Assembly: GCA_964510165.1 (NCBI GenBank)
Contig: CAZEBC010000102.1
Span: 1 to 13,985, forward strand
DNA length: 13,985 nucleotides
From: an uncultured bacterium
GTDB lineage: Bacteria > Abyssobacteria > SURF-5
Direction: 5' to 3'
A program made the translations under genes and the position numbers. Position 1 is the stretch's first letter, and each line of letters begins with the position of its first letter. The notes beneath the pieces were generated by a model. It had not been told where the DNA came from. It saw nothing but the letters and a program-made list of their open reading frames with translations, and made no database searches. Shown here piece after piece: positions 6,241-13,985 of this stretch.

Positions 6241-7683
6241 TCATTCTGACAGGAGTAGGTTGGCGAGTCCTTCTTTGTCTTCGTGGGTGTAAAGGATCAC
6301 AATGTCGGTGCGGCCATCCGCGTTCAGGTCGAACGTTGACATAAGGCCGTAGGCCGGAACCTCGTATTCCCGGTTAGGGTCCTTTGGCAGGATCGTCTCG
6401 CGGTTGGCGAGGAAGAAGGAGAGGCGGTTCTCGTTGGTGCCAACTGCCAGATCATCCAAACCGTCGCCGTTGAAATCGCCCGCTCCCCTGGCCGGTTCTG
6501 CGCCCGACTCGCTGACCTGGATGTAGATGGGTCGTTTCAGCGATGGCTCCTTTTCGTACCGGCCCTGTTCAGTCAGCTTCCGTAGTTCGGCATCGACTCG
6601 GATGCGGTTGGTCAGGAAGTAGTTGATGAAAAAGCCGATCCCAACATTTATGTCCTGCAGCAGCATTTCCATCTTGCCATCGCCGGTTGCATCGAAGAAC
6701 ACAGGCAGAATCAGGCTCGCGTCGCCCGAATACACATGGTCGGGCTCGCTGGTGTACTCGAAGCCTTTCCGCCCGAAATAGATTTGCACTTCGCTCTGCA
6801 AGTTTTTTTTCTGAGACAGGAAGACCACCACCGCGTCGGGGAGGCCGTCAACATTAAGGTCGTCGAAGCTCGTTGCCGCTATGAAGTCCTTTGTGAATTT
6901 CTCTACCAGCGATGTCTTAACATGGCGAGTTGGCATTGGCAAGCCGTTAGTTAAGAAGAAATTCATTTCCTCGAGGTCGAAGACACCCACGTCGGTTCGG
7001 CCGTCCCCATCGAAGTCCAAAAGCTCGATTTTCGGCAGCCGATACGTGATATAGTACTGCCCGCTCTCGCCTCGCAGGGAACCTCTCAGAGGGAATTCAA
7101 GGAATTCTGCCTCTTGGAGCTCGAGACCCTCACTGATTGCGAATACTTGCATGCCGTTGATCGTTGGAAGCAGCACCTCAATCCTTCCGTCGGAGCCGAT
7201 ATCGTCAACCCAATGCGCGCGGGCGGTGCTTCTGCTCATGGAGGGCAGGATGGTGGGGTAGTCTCTAAGCCTATGCGTTTCGACCGAATCGTTTTCAGTA
7301 AGGTCCAATAATGCGACACCGCCCGAGTCGAACAAGAAGATTTCTTCGGCCCTGTCGGAATCGACGTCTTTCAGGTCGACGGCGCTCACGGCCTCATTGA
7401 TTGCGAATTCAAGGTCCGGCTCATTATTGAAGCCCGTGTCTTTCTGAAGATAGACCGCGCAGAATTTTCTGTACGATTCTCGCGAAGGTTTGTGGAAGAG
7501 TAGCAGGTCGGCCTTTCCGTTGCCGTCAATGTCTCCGGAATCAGCCAGAAGGACGATGCCCGGCCGGCGGAACTGGATAATTTGAAATCCGAACGAATCC
7601 TGTGCAAAGATGTCTCTCTGCCCGATGAAGGAGAGAAAGAGAAGCATGGCGAGATGAAGAAGTGCGCCCGGCGATGGTTTCAT
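6241..7683 (-). CDS. Exported FG-GAP/VCBS repeat (beta-propeller-like) protein
   Basis: Hydrophobic N-terminal signal-like segment, then about eight Dx[DN]xDG-type motifs: DIDGNGKAD, DVDSDRAEE, DIGSDGRIE, DFDGDGRTD, DLNVDGLPD, DATGDGKME, DFNGDGLDD, DLNADGRTD. Start overlaps the recN stop (ATGA). Confidence 0.85.
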   Translation of the reverse strand: MKPSPGALLHLAMLLFLSFIGQRDIFAQDSFGFQIIQFRRPGIVLLADSGDIDGNGKADLLLFHKPSRESYRKFCAVYLQKDTGFNNEPDLEFAINEAVSAVDLKDVDSDRAEEIFLFDSGGVALLDLTENDSVETHRLRDYPTILPSMSRSTARAHWVDDIGSDGRIEVLLPTINGMQVFAISEGLELQEAEFLEFPLRGSLRGESGQYYITYRLPKIELLDFDGDGRTDVGVFDLEEMNFFLTNGLPMPTRHVKTSLVEKFTKDFIAATSFDDLNVDGLPDAVVVFLSQKKNLQSEVQIYFGRKGFEYTSEPDHVYSGDASLILPVFFDATGDGKMEMLLQDINVGIGFFINYFLTNRIRVDAELRKLTEQGRYEKEPSLKRPIYIQVSESGAEPARGAGDFNGDGLDDLAVGTNENRLSFFLANRETILPKDPNREYEVPAYGLMSTFDLNADGRTDIVILYTHEDKEGLANLLLSE

Positions 7684-9404
7684 CGATTTCTTCGTGAAAG
7701 CGCCAGCAATTCCTGGGCGTGTTTGAGGGAAATCTGGCCTGTTGCCTCGCCGCCCATCATACGCGCGATCTCGACCACCCGGTCCCGTCCGGTCGGAAAG
7801 ATGACCTCGGTGCGCGTGCGTCCCAGCTTGGCTTGCTTGTTGACGACAACGTGGTTGTCGGCTCTGGCGGCAATCTGGGGCAAATGGGTGACGCAGATCA
7901 CCTGACGGGACGAGGAGACCATGAACAGTTTTTCGGCTATGGCCATGCCCATGCGCGCTCCGATGCCGGCATCAATCTCGTCGAAGATTATCACGGGGAC
8001 CCTGTCGGCCTCAGCTAGTATGGTCCGGATGGCAAGCATGATGCGGGATATCTCCCCACCCGAAGCGATAGCTTTGAGAGGTCTTGGCGGCTCGCCGGGA
8101 TTAGCGGAGAACAGGAATTCCACCTTGTCCACACCCGTGCTCCAGAGCCTCCAGTTCTTGTCCTTGTATCTGACAATTCCATCGGGAGCTTGTTCTTGTT
8201 GTATCGAGACAACAAAGCGTGAATTGCTCATCCCGAGGTCGCGCAGGTGGAGCTGAATCTGCTTCTCAAGCCTGTTGGCGGCCTCGTTCCTTTTTTGCGA
8301 AAGAATGGTCGCCAGCTTTCCAATTTCCTCGCGTCGGCGCTCGATGTCGTGCTGGAGCTTTGCCCGTTCGCTCGATGAGCCGACAAGTTGATTGTATTCC
8401 GCGCGCAGCCGCTCCCTCAGATCGATCAGGGCCTGGAGAGAATCACAGTTGAAACGGCGCTTCAGATTTGATATCGCGGCCAACCTGCTTTCGAGCGCGT
8501 CGAGTTCGGCAGGGTCAAACTCAAGGCGGGATATATAGGATTGCAGCGCCTGGGCGAGCTCCGAGAGCCTGAACCGCAGCTCCTCATAGCTGGACACCGT
8601 GTCCGTGAGGCTGCGGTCAATGGCAGATATTTCCTTGAGGGCCTGCATGATGGAATTCCAGACACTGATAAGCGGTTCCGGATGCATCTCACCGCCTGAA
8701 AGCATGTCGTAAGCCTGGCCGGCCAGACGATGTATGTGCTCTGAGTTGGCAATGACGTCGCGTCGCGACTTCAGTTCCGCGTCCTCGCCTTCCCGAAGTT
8801 GCGCCTTGTCGAGTAACTCAAGTTCCTCCTCCAACTCCGCCAGGCGCTGATTCCGAGTGGTTTCATGCGTGATCAATCGTTCGAGAACTGAAATGCAATG
8901 TTTCAATTCGTTGTATCCCTGCCGGATGAATGCGGCCTCGGCCCCCAATCCCCCGAACTCATCGAGCAGGCTGAGGTGCTTGGCCGCGCTCATGAGCGAT
9001 TGGTGTTCGTGCTGTCCGTGCATGTCCACGAGCAAGTCGCCGACCCTCGAAAGCAGATTAAGTGTGACAACGGAAGTGTTCAGAAAGCACCTGCTCTTGC
9101 CGTCGGCGGCAATCACGCGCCGCAGCAGAAGCTCGTCCTGCGAGCCGTCAAGTTCCAGCGACTCAAGCAGGTCCTTGACGGGAAGACACGCGGAGATGTC
9201 GAATACGGCCTCGATGTCAGCGGCTTGCTCGCCGCTCCGTATAGAGGTGGCCGCTGCTCGCTCGCCCAGCAGCAGACTCATGGCGTCGACAATAATGGAC
9301 TTGCCCGCGCCGGTCTCGCCCGTGAGCACATTGAGGCCCGGCTTCCAAGGAATTATGAGGTCATCGACCAGGGCGAAATTACGGATGTGCAGAGTCTCCA
9401 GCAT
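7680..9404 (-). CDS. recN: DNA repair protein RecN
   Basis: MLETLHIRNFAL start, Walker A TGETGAGKS, DMHGQHEHQ, long coiled coil, NPGEP, signature ASGGEISR, Walker B FDEIDAG, VTHLPQIA, EIARMMGG. ATG 9404 sits 2 nt after the nadK stop. Confidence 0.97.
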   Translation of the reverse strand: MLETLHIRNFALVDDLIIPWKPGLNVLTGETGAGKSIIVDAMSLLLGERAAATSIRSGEQAADIEAVFDISACLPVKDLLESLELDGSQDELLLRRVIAADGKSRCFLNTSVVTLNLLSRVGDLLVDMHGQHEHQSLMSAAKHLSLLDEFGGLGAEAAFIRQGYNELKHCISVLERLITHETTRNQRLAELEEELELLDKAQLREGEDAELKSRRDVIANSEHIHRLAGQAYDMLSGGEMHPEPLISVWNSIMQALKEISAIDRSLTDTVSSYEELRFRLSELAQALQSYISRLEFDPAELDALESRLAAISNLKRRFNCDSLQALIDLRERLRAEYNQLVGSSSERAKLQHDIERRREEIGKLATILSQKRNEAANRLEKQIQLHLRDLGMSNSRFVVSIQQEQAPDGIVRYKDKNWRLWSTGVDKVEFLFSANPGEPPRPLKAIASGGEISRIMLAIRTILAEADRVPVIIFDEIDAGIGARMGMAIAEKLFMVSSSRQVICVTHLPQIAARADNHVVVNKQAKLGRTRTEVIFPTGRDRVVEIARMMGGEATGQISLKHAQELLALSRRNR

Positions 9405-9406
9405 GA

Positions 9407-10312
9407 CTATCTGCGCCCCCAATTGAGCTTGGTCCGAAGCACTTCAAAATAGCTCTTGGTCGCCGAGGCGGCAAGTCTCATGGAATATGGAGACTTTCGC
9501 ACGATGGCCTGGTCCCATTGGTGAAGCTGAACCGCTATCTGTCCGTCGATCATAAGGCCCGGTGAGGCCTGGCGCGATACCACGATCACGCGCAGGGTCT
9601 GGTTGGAGCTGAGGACGAGAGGCCGGTTGGTAAGCATGTGAGGACATATTGGCGTTACGACAATGGCCTCTGCCTCGGGGTAAATGATTGGCCCGCCGGC
9701 CGAGAGCGAGTGCGCCGTCGAGCCGGTCGGCGTGGCTATTATCAATCCATCGCACGCATATGTCGCAAGGAACTCATCGTCTACGTACGTTTCCAGCATG
9801 AGCATCCGTTCGAGGGAATCGCGCTGAATCACCACGTCATTTAGCGCAACCTGCTCCTGATGCGTGGTTCCGTCGGAGTGGATGACCGAACAGGCCAACA
9901 TCATACGCTGCTCTAATCTGTGACGCCCTGCCAACACTTCTTCGAGCGTGGAAAAAATTTCTTCCTCCGTCACGCCGGTCAGAAAACCGAGCCCGCCGAC
10001 CTTGATACCCATGACGGGCGTGGAGGCTCCGTTCATCTGCTTGGCGACGCTTAGCATGGTGCCGTCACCGCCGAAGACGACAATGAAATCGACCGTGCCG
10101 GGCATCTCTTTGGCGGGGATCAGTTGCACCGTGGGCCCTTCGGGCGACTTCACCGACGGATCCATAATATGGGAAACCACCGAGTCAAGCGCCACCTCTA
10201 TTCCTTTATTCTCAAGCCAGGCAACCACCTGCTTAATCAGGGTAAACGCATTGGTCTTGGTAGGATTCACAATCAGTCCCACGCGCTTTATTTTGGGTTT
10301 TTCCTTGTTCAC
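9407..10312 (-). CDS. nadK: NAD(+) kinase
   Basis: GGDGT motif, GGLGFL, LNDVV, DGLIIATPTGSTAHSLSAGGP, TPICPH, KLNWG. GTG start. Confidence 0.96.
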   Translation of the reverse strand: MNKEKPKIKRVGLIVNPTKTNAFTLIKQVVAWLENKGIEVALDSVVSHIMDPSVKSPEGPTVQLIPAKEMPGTVDFIVVFGGDGTMLSVAKQMNGASTPVMGIKVGGLGFLTGVTEEEIFSTLEEVLAGRHRLEQRMMLACSVIHSDGTTHQEQVALNDVVIQRDSLERMLMLETYVDDEFLATYACDGLIIATPTGSTAHSLSAGGPIIYPEAEAIVVTPICPHMLTNRPLVLSSNQTLRVIVVSRQASPGLMIDGQIAVQLHQWDQAIVRKSPYSMRLAASATKSYFEVLRTKLNWGRR

Positions 10313-10318
10313 CGTGCA

Positions 10319-10843
10319 TCAAATCCAAAGGTCGATTAAGGTTGTGATCAGGGACTTGGCGACTGTCATTCCGCGATACGCATGGATGGGCTGTTCGAGC
10401 CTTATCTGTGCGGCGGCATGTAGGGCGCGCTCCTTTCGTTTGCGCGCTTCGTCTTCAATAAGGCGCTGTTTGCTCTTCCCTCGTTTTTTCTCGAGATAAC
10501 TCTTGTAGAGCATCAACTCTCCTTTGTCAAACCAGAATCCTTGGCAGGTTGTGCAGTAGTCAATATGCAATCCCGGCGGGAGGCCGCCTCCGGAATGTTC
10601 GGTCAAGAAGACTTCGCATCGGGGACAATACAGAGCCGCCTCGCGCCGCTGGATGGATATCTCGTCAAGCGCAACTTCGGTTTCGGCTTCCAATGCGGAG
10701 TCACGGCTGACAGCGAAAACGACGTCTTGATCGAGCCAAAGCCCGCGACACGTGGGACATTGGTAAAGCAGCAGCTTCGCGCCATAATGTCCCCAAGCTT
10801 CACGTTCCTGCATCAGCTCTCTGCATTTCGGGCATCTCACCAT
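10319..10843 (-). CDS. Protein with two zf-TFIIB-like zinc ribbons and a charged C-terminal helix
   Basis: CPKC..CPTCRGLWLD and CPRC..CTTCQGFWFDKGEL. Start placed at ATG 10843 (MVRCPKC), preceded by GGAGGGG. Confidence 0.85.
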   Translation of the reverse strand: MVRCPKCRELMQEREAWGHYGAKLLLYQCPTCRGLWLDQDVVFAVSRDSALEAETEVALDEISIQRREAALYCPRCEVFLTEHSGGGLPPGLHIDYCTTCQGFWFDKGELMLYKSYLEKKRGKSKQRLIEDEARKRKERALHAAAQIRLEQPIHAYRGMTVAKSLITTLIDLWI

Positions 10844-10857
10844 GCTTCGCCCCTCCG

Positions 10858-11610
10858 TCAAGAATTATGCCGGGTCAGATACATGAAAAACTCCTTGTTG
10901 CCGGCCGGGCCCAGAATGGGAGAATCAATGACGCCCTTGGAACTGAAGCGGAGGCTTTCCGCAAGAGCGGCGATTCTGTCAATTACCTCAATATGAACAG
11001 CCGGGTCGCGCACAACCCCGCCTTTTCCAACCTTTTCGCGGCCGGCCTCAAACTGCGGCTTGATAAGCGCGATTATTTCGCCGTCATGCGTCAGGACGTT
11101 TGCGAGAGCGGGCAAAATCAAAGATAGAGATATGAAGGAGACATCAACGGTGGCGAACTGGGGACGCTCATCGAATAGAGCGGGCGTAAGCATCCGCGCG
11201 TTGACGCGCTCCATCACGACCACTCTCGGGTCGGTCCGGAGTTGCCAGGCGAGCTGACCGTAGCCAACGTCAACGGCATATACTTTTCGGGCGCCATGGC
11301 GAAGCAGACATTCAGTGAACCCCCCGGTCGAAGCCCCGACATCAATCGCAATCTTGTCTTGGACGACGGGATTGAAATAGCGCACAGCGCACTCGAGCTT
11401 TTCGCCACCGCGGCTGACGAACTCGGCGCCCTCGACCAACTCGACGTCGCTTCCCGGCTTCACGACTTCACCCGCCTTGTCGGCCGGATGTGAGTCAACA
11501 CGAACCCGGCCTGCCAGTATCAGCGCCCTCGCTTTCGCCCTGGTGGGGGCCAAGTTCAAGTCAACCATCAACTTATCAAGTCTTTCCCTCTTGTCGGAAG
11601 TGGCTCTCAT
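10858..11610 (-). CDS. tlyA: TlyA family rRNA 2'-O-methyltransferase (S4 + FtsJ-like domain)
   Basis: RLDKLMV..TRAKARALILAG S4 domain, VSRGGEKL, DVGASTGGFT, VDVGYGQL, DVSFISL, LIKPQFE, GNKEF. Confidence 0.96.
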   Translation of the reverse strand: MRATSDKRERLDKLMVDLNLAPTRAKARALILAGRVRVDSHPADKAGEVVKPGSDVELVEGAEFVSRGGEKLECAVRYFNPVVQDKIAIDVGASTGGFTECLLRHGARKVYAVDVGYGQLAWQLRTDPRVVVMERVNARMLTPALFDERPQFATVDVSFISLSLILPALANVLTHDGEIIALIKPQFEAGREKVGKGGVVRDPAVHIEVIDRIAALAESLRFSSKGVIDSPILGPAGNKEFFMYLTRHNS

Positions 11611-11641
11611 AGACCGTCGCCCGCCTATTTACTTCTTCGGA

Positions 11642-11670
11642 ATTATATCATGAGGGGGATATGGGTTCAA
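11642..11670 (-). promoter_or_regulatory. sigma70 promoter of the tlyA-nadK-recN operon
   Basis: Minus strand reads TTGAAC (11670-11665), 17-nt spacer ending in TGa, TATAAT (11647-11642), about 30 nt upstream of the tlyA ATG. Confidence 0.75.
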
Positions 11671-11748
11671 GAAGGTCAGGCGGACGACATAACGCATGGG
11701 ATGGCCGCAGTCCTCCTCCGAAGGCGAGGCGATTGTATGGAATGAGGA

Positions 11749-11778
11749 TTGACATGGTTTGCGGTCTACTGCTATCAT
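11749..11778 (+). promoter_or_regulatory. Candidate sigma70 promoter of the GT87-like gene
   Basis: TTGACA (11749-11754), 18-nt spacer ending in TGc, TATCAT (11773-11778). Confidence 0.65.
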
Positions 11779-11842
11779 TTGCCTGCGGGCGCGCCGTCCG
11801 GAACCGTTTGCGGGGGCAATATGTTTGGTTGGTGGAGTCTTC

Positions 11843-13111
11843 TTGCAACAAGAACCCGATAACCCATTGAGAGACCACAGCGATGCGTTCCAGTGGCCGC
11901 TCCTCATGTTTCTGGCTCTCCTGCTGATCTTTAATGTCCTGAAGCTTTGGAGCTACGGCAGCGAGATCGCCGGGTACGACTTCTATGAGAAGTGGGAAGT
12001 GGGCCGATCCCTGGCTCGCGCGGAGCCAAGGGATGTTTACTCAGTGCGCACCCTCGGTTCCCATGTCTCGACGCCTTTCCTGTACTCCCTAGCGGCCCTC
12101 CTATCCACTCAGCATTTCATGAGCGATCTGTTGACATACAGGGTCTTTTGCTTCGTAAGCAGTGTGTTTGCCATTATCTGCATCGGCAAGCTGCTTGGCT
12201 ATTCACCGGCAATGACGCTCGCGGCGGCGGTGGTGTTCACGGACTTGTTCGAACCACTGTTGTCTGATGTGAGGGTTGCAAACGTAAACCAGCTTCAATT
12301 GGGCTTGCTGGCATCATTCCTTCTCATCAAGAACGGTCGGAGGCTTCCGGGTCATGACTTCCTGAGCGGTCTTATTCTTGGACTGGCGGTGATGGCGAAG
12401 CCTAACTTGCTGTTTGTGGCGCTTATGCTGACCATGTACTGGCTGATAAACCGTCGCTTCAAGGTGCTGGTACTCGAGTGCGCGGGGCTTGCAGCAGGCG
12501 CGGCCACAGCGGTCCTCACCTCCCGCCTTGTGTTCGGTTCGTACCGGTGCTGGTTCGATTGGCTGGCGATAATGCCTAAAGTGTCCGATTACCGCTACGT
12601 GGTGGACCAGTATAATTGCTCGCTCGCGATGTTGGTTCGGGATTGGGTCGGCGTGAAAGCGTCCGCGTATTTGATGGGAGCCTTCCTTGTGTTGGCGACT
12701 GCTTTTGTTTGGCGGTCGAGAAGGAAACCCGAGACTGTGCCTACGAGAGCGAACGACGATGTGAACGGCGGGGTGCTCGGGGAAGTCCTCATGGTGGCGA
12801 CCGGCTGTCTTATATATCTGCTGTCGGCCACGTTGGTCTGGCTTCACTATTTCGTCTTGACCATTCCGATGGCGCTGGTCGTGTTAAGTCCGCCTCGAAT
12901 GTATTCCTCGGGGGCGTCGGTACCTACAATGAAACCGATTCTCGGCGCGGCTGCAATCTTTCTCATAGCGGAACGTCCAGTGAGGATGTTTTTGCCGATA
13001 ACCCAGCCTCGTCACAGCGCTCTTATCATTTGCATTGGTACATTGGCCCTTTTTTATATGGCATTGTGGGAAATACGATCCCTCAGGAGAGGCACATCTG
13101 CAACCCACTGA
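11843..13111 (+). CDS. Multi-pass membrane glycosyltransferase, GT87/DUF2029 (GT-C fold)-like
   Basis: Many hydrophobic segments plus GT87-like motifs GYDF, TPF, ANVNQL, GLAVMAKP, NCSL and LVWLHY. Start uncertain: TTG 11843 after GGTGGAG is preferred because the ORF-track start 11759 lies inside the predicted promoter. Confidence 0.75.
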   Translation: MQQEPDNPLRDHSDAFQWPLLMFLALLLIFNVLKLWSYGSEIAGYDFYEKWEVGRSLARAEPRDVYSVRTLGSHVSTPFLYSLAALLSTQHFMSDLLTYRVFCFVSSVFAIICIGKLLGYSPAMTLAAAVVFTDLFEPLLSDVRVANVNQLQLGLLASFLLIKNGRRLPGHDFLSGLILGLAVMAKPNLLFVALMLTMYWLINRRFKVLVLECAGLAAGAATAVLTSRLVFGSYRCWFDWLAIMPKVSDYRYVVDQYNCSLAMLVRDWVGVKASAYLMGAFLVLATAFVWRSRRKPETVPTRANDDVNGGVLGEVLMVATGCLIYLLSATLVWLHYFVLTIPMALVVLSPPRMYSSGASVPTMKPILGAAAIFLIAERPVRMFLPITQPRHSALIICIGTLALFYMALWEIRSLRRGTSATH

Positions 13112-13140
13112 GGCGGCGTAACGTAACGGGAGAGGAACAG

Positions 13141-13965
13141 ATGGAACTGAAGGATACTTGTGCGATAGTGACCGGGGGATCGAGCGGCATAGGACTGGCC
13201 ATCGCCGAGCGACTGGTCAGGCGCGGCGCAAACGTGTTTCTGGTCGCCAGACGGCGCGACCAACTGGAACGAGCAAGCACCGAATTGAGAAAGAACGTTG
13301 TCAATTCTTCTCAACGAATCGGCTTCTTCAGCGCGGATGTGGCGGACTTGGACTCGGTGCAGGAAGCGGTAAAGGCGGCCCAGTCGGAGTGCGGTCTAGT
13401 GTCTCTGCTCGTCAATTCGGCCGGGGTATCACTTCCGGGATACATTGAAAAGCTTCCGATCCCAAGCATCGAGACGGAGATCAAGGTCAATTATTTCGGC
13501 ACGGTATACATGATAAAACAGGTTTTGAACGGGATGATGGAGAGGAAGCAGGGTTGGATACTGAATGTGTCAAGTCTTGCGGGCCTGAAAGGCATTTTCG
13601 GCTATGCGGGATACTCCGGCTCAAAGTTTGCAGTAGTCGGATTCTCGGAGGTGCTGCGAAGCGAGGTTCGTCCGTACAATATCAAGGTGTGCGTGTTGTG
13701 CCCGCCCGATGTCGATACGCCAATGCTTCGAGATGAAACCAAGATAAAACCTGTCGAGACCCTGAGGATTTCGGAAGGCGCAAAGTTGATGCAGGCTGAA
13801 GACGTGGCCAGGGCAGCCCTCGAAGGGCTTGAACGCGGAACCTTTCTCATTATCCCAAACTTTTCCGGGAAGATGTTCAACATCGTTAATCGTTTCATGC
13901 CGTCATTGGTCGATGCAATCATCAACAACACCATTGACAAGGTAAGGAAAGAACGAGGGCTTTGA
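13141..13965 (+). CDS. Classical short-chain dehydrogenase/reductase, 3-ketodihydrosphingosine reductase (KDSR)-like (274 aa)
   Basis: TGGSSGIG, ARR (NADP-type), NSAG, VSS, YSGSK catalytic motif and the KDSR-like segment PPDVDTP..E..IKPVET..IS. ATG 13141 has GGAGAGGA upstream. Confidence 0.85.
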   Translation: MELKDTCAIVTGGSSGIGLAIAERLVRRGANVFLVARRRDQLERASTELRKNVVNSSQRIGFFSADVADLDSVQEAVKAAQSECGLVSLLVNSAGVSLPGYIEKLPIPSIETEIKVNYFGTVYMIKQVLNGMMERKQGWILNVSSLAGLKGIFGYAGYSGSKFAVVGFSEVLRSEVRPYNIKVCVLCPPDVDTPMLRDETKIKPVETLRISEGAKLMQAEDVARAALEGLERGTFLIIPNFSGKMFNIVNRFMPSLVDAIINNTIDKVRKERGL

Positions 13966-13985
13966 TGTGCTTTCCCCTTTAAGGG

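Noticed and set aside
6803-6810. A8 run (A AAA AAC on the coding strand) in the FG-GAP gene as a frameshift or phase-variation site
   Set aside because: The reading frame is intact and encodes QKKN. The run is short and I saw no supporting stimulatory structure.
8857-9452. Two long plus-strand ORFs (189 and 184 aa) antisense to recN, and similar shadow ORFs at 649-1272, 9948-10499 and 12314-12847
   Set aside because: Typical antisense shadows of real GC-rich genes, with no motifs.
11721-11732. AAGGCGAGGCGA as a second LexA box
   Set aside because: The repeat period is 5 bp rather than 11, the AAA ends are missing, and it lies outside both predicted promoter cores.
12616-13140. 175-codon N-terminal extension of the SDR ORF overlapping the GT87-like gene in another frame
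   Set aside because: No recognisable protein features. ATG 13141 has a strong RBS and begins the Rossmann fold, so this is most likely a stop-free frame by chance in GC-rich DNA.
13975-13985. CCCTT-T-AAGGG inverted repeat after the SDR stop
   Set aside because: Cut off by the window edge, so it cannot be called a terminator or REP-like element.

Overview
Bacterial chromosomal window with no mobile element, RNA gene or CRISPR array that I can see. Left to right: a histidine phosphatase (-) divergent from a KdsD/KpsF-type arabinose-5-phosphate isomerase (+). Next is a minus-strand unit of lexA, a 48-aa Cys-rich zinc-ribbon microprotein missed by the ORF track, and an ABC-2 permease with no ATPase in the window. 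A nuclease-fused DinG/XPD-type Fe-S helicase (+) is divergent from lexA. A minus-strand operon runs tlyA, double zinc-ribbon protein, nadK, recN, FG-GAP repeat protein. The window ends with a GT87-like membrane glycosyltransferase and a KDSR-like SDR (+). The most interesting part is the lexA locus. Its 84-bp intergenic region holds two overlapping divergent sigma70-like promoters and an 8-bp direct repeat with an 11-bp period (AGGCGAAA-N3-AGGCGAAA), a candidate LexA box that could control both lexA plus the microprotein and the nuclease-helicase. The microprotein resembles, by eye, the C-terminal zinc ribbon of class II ribonucleotide reductases. All family calls come from motif recognition; no searches were run.
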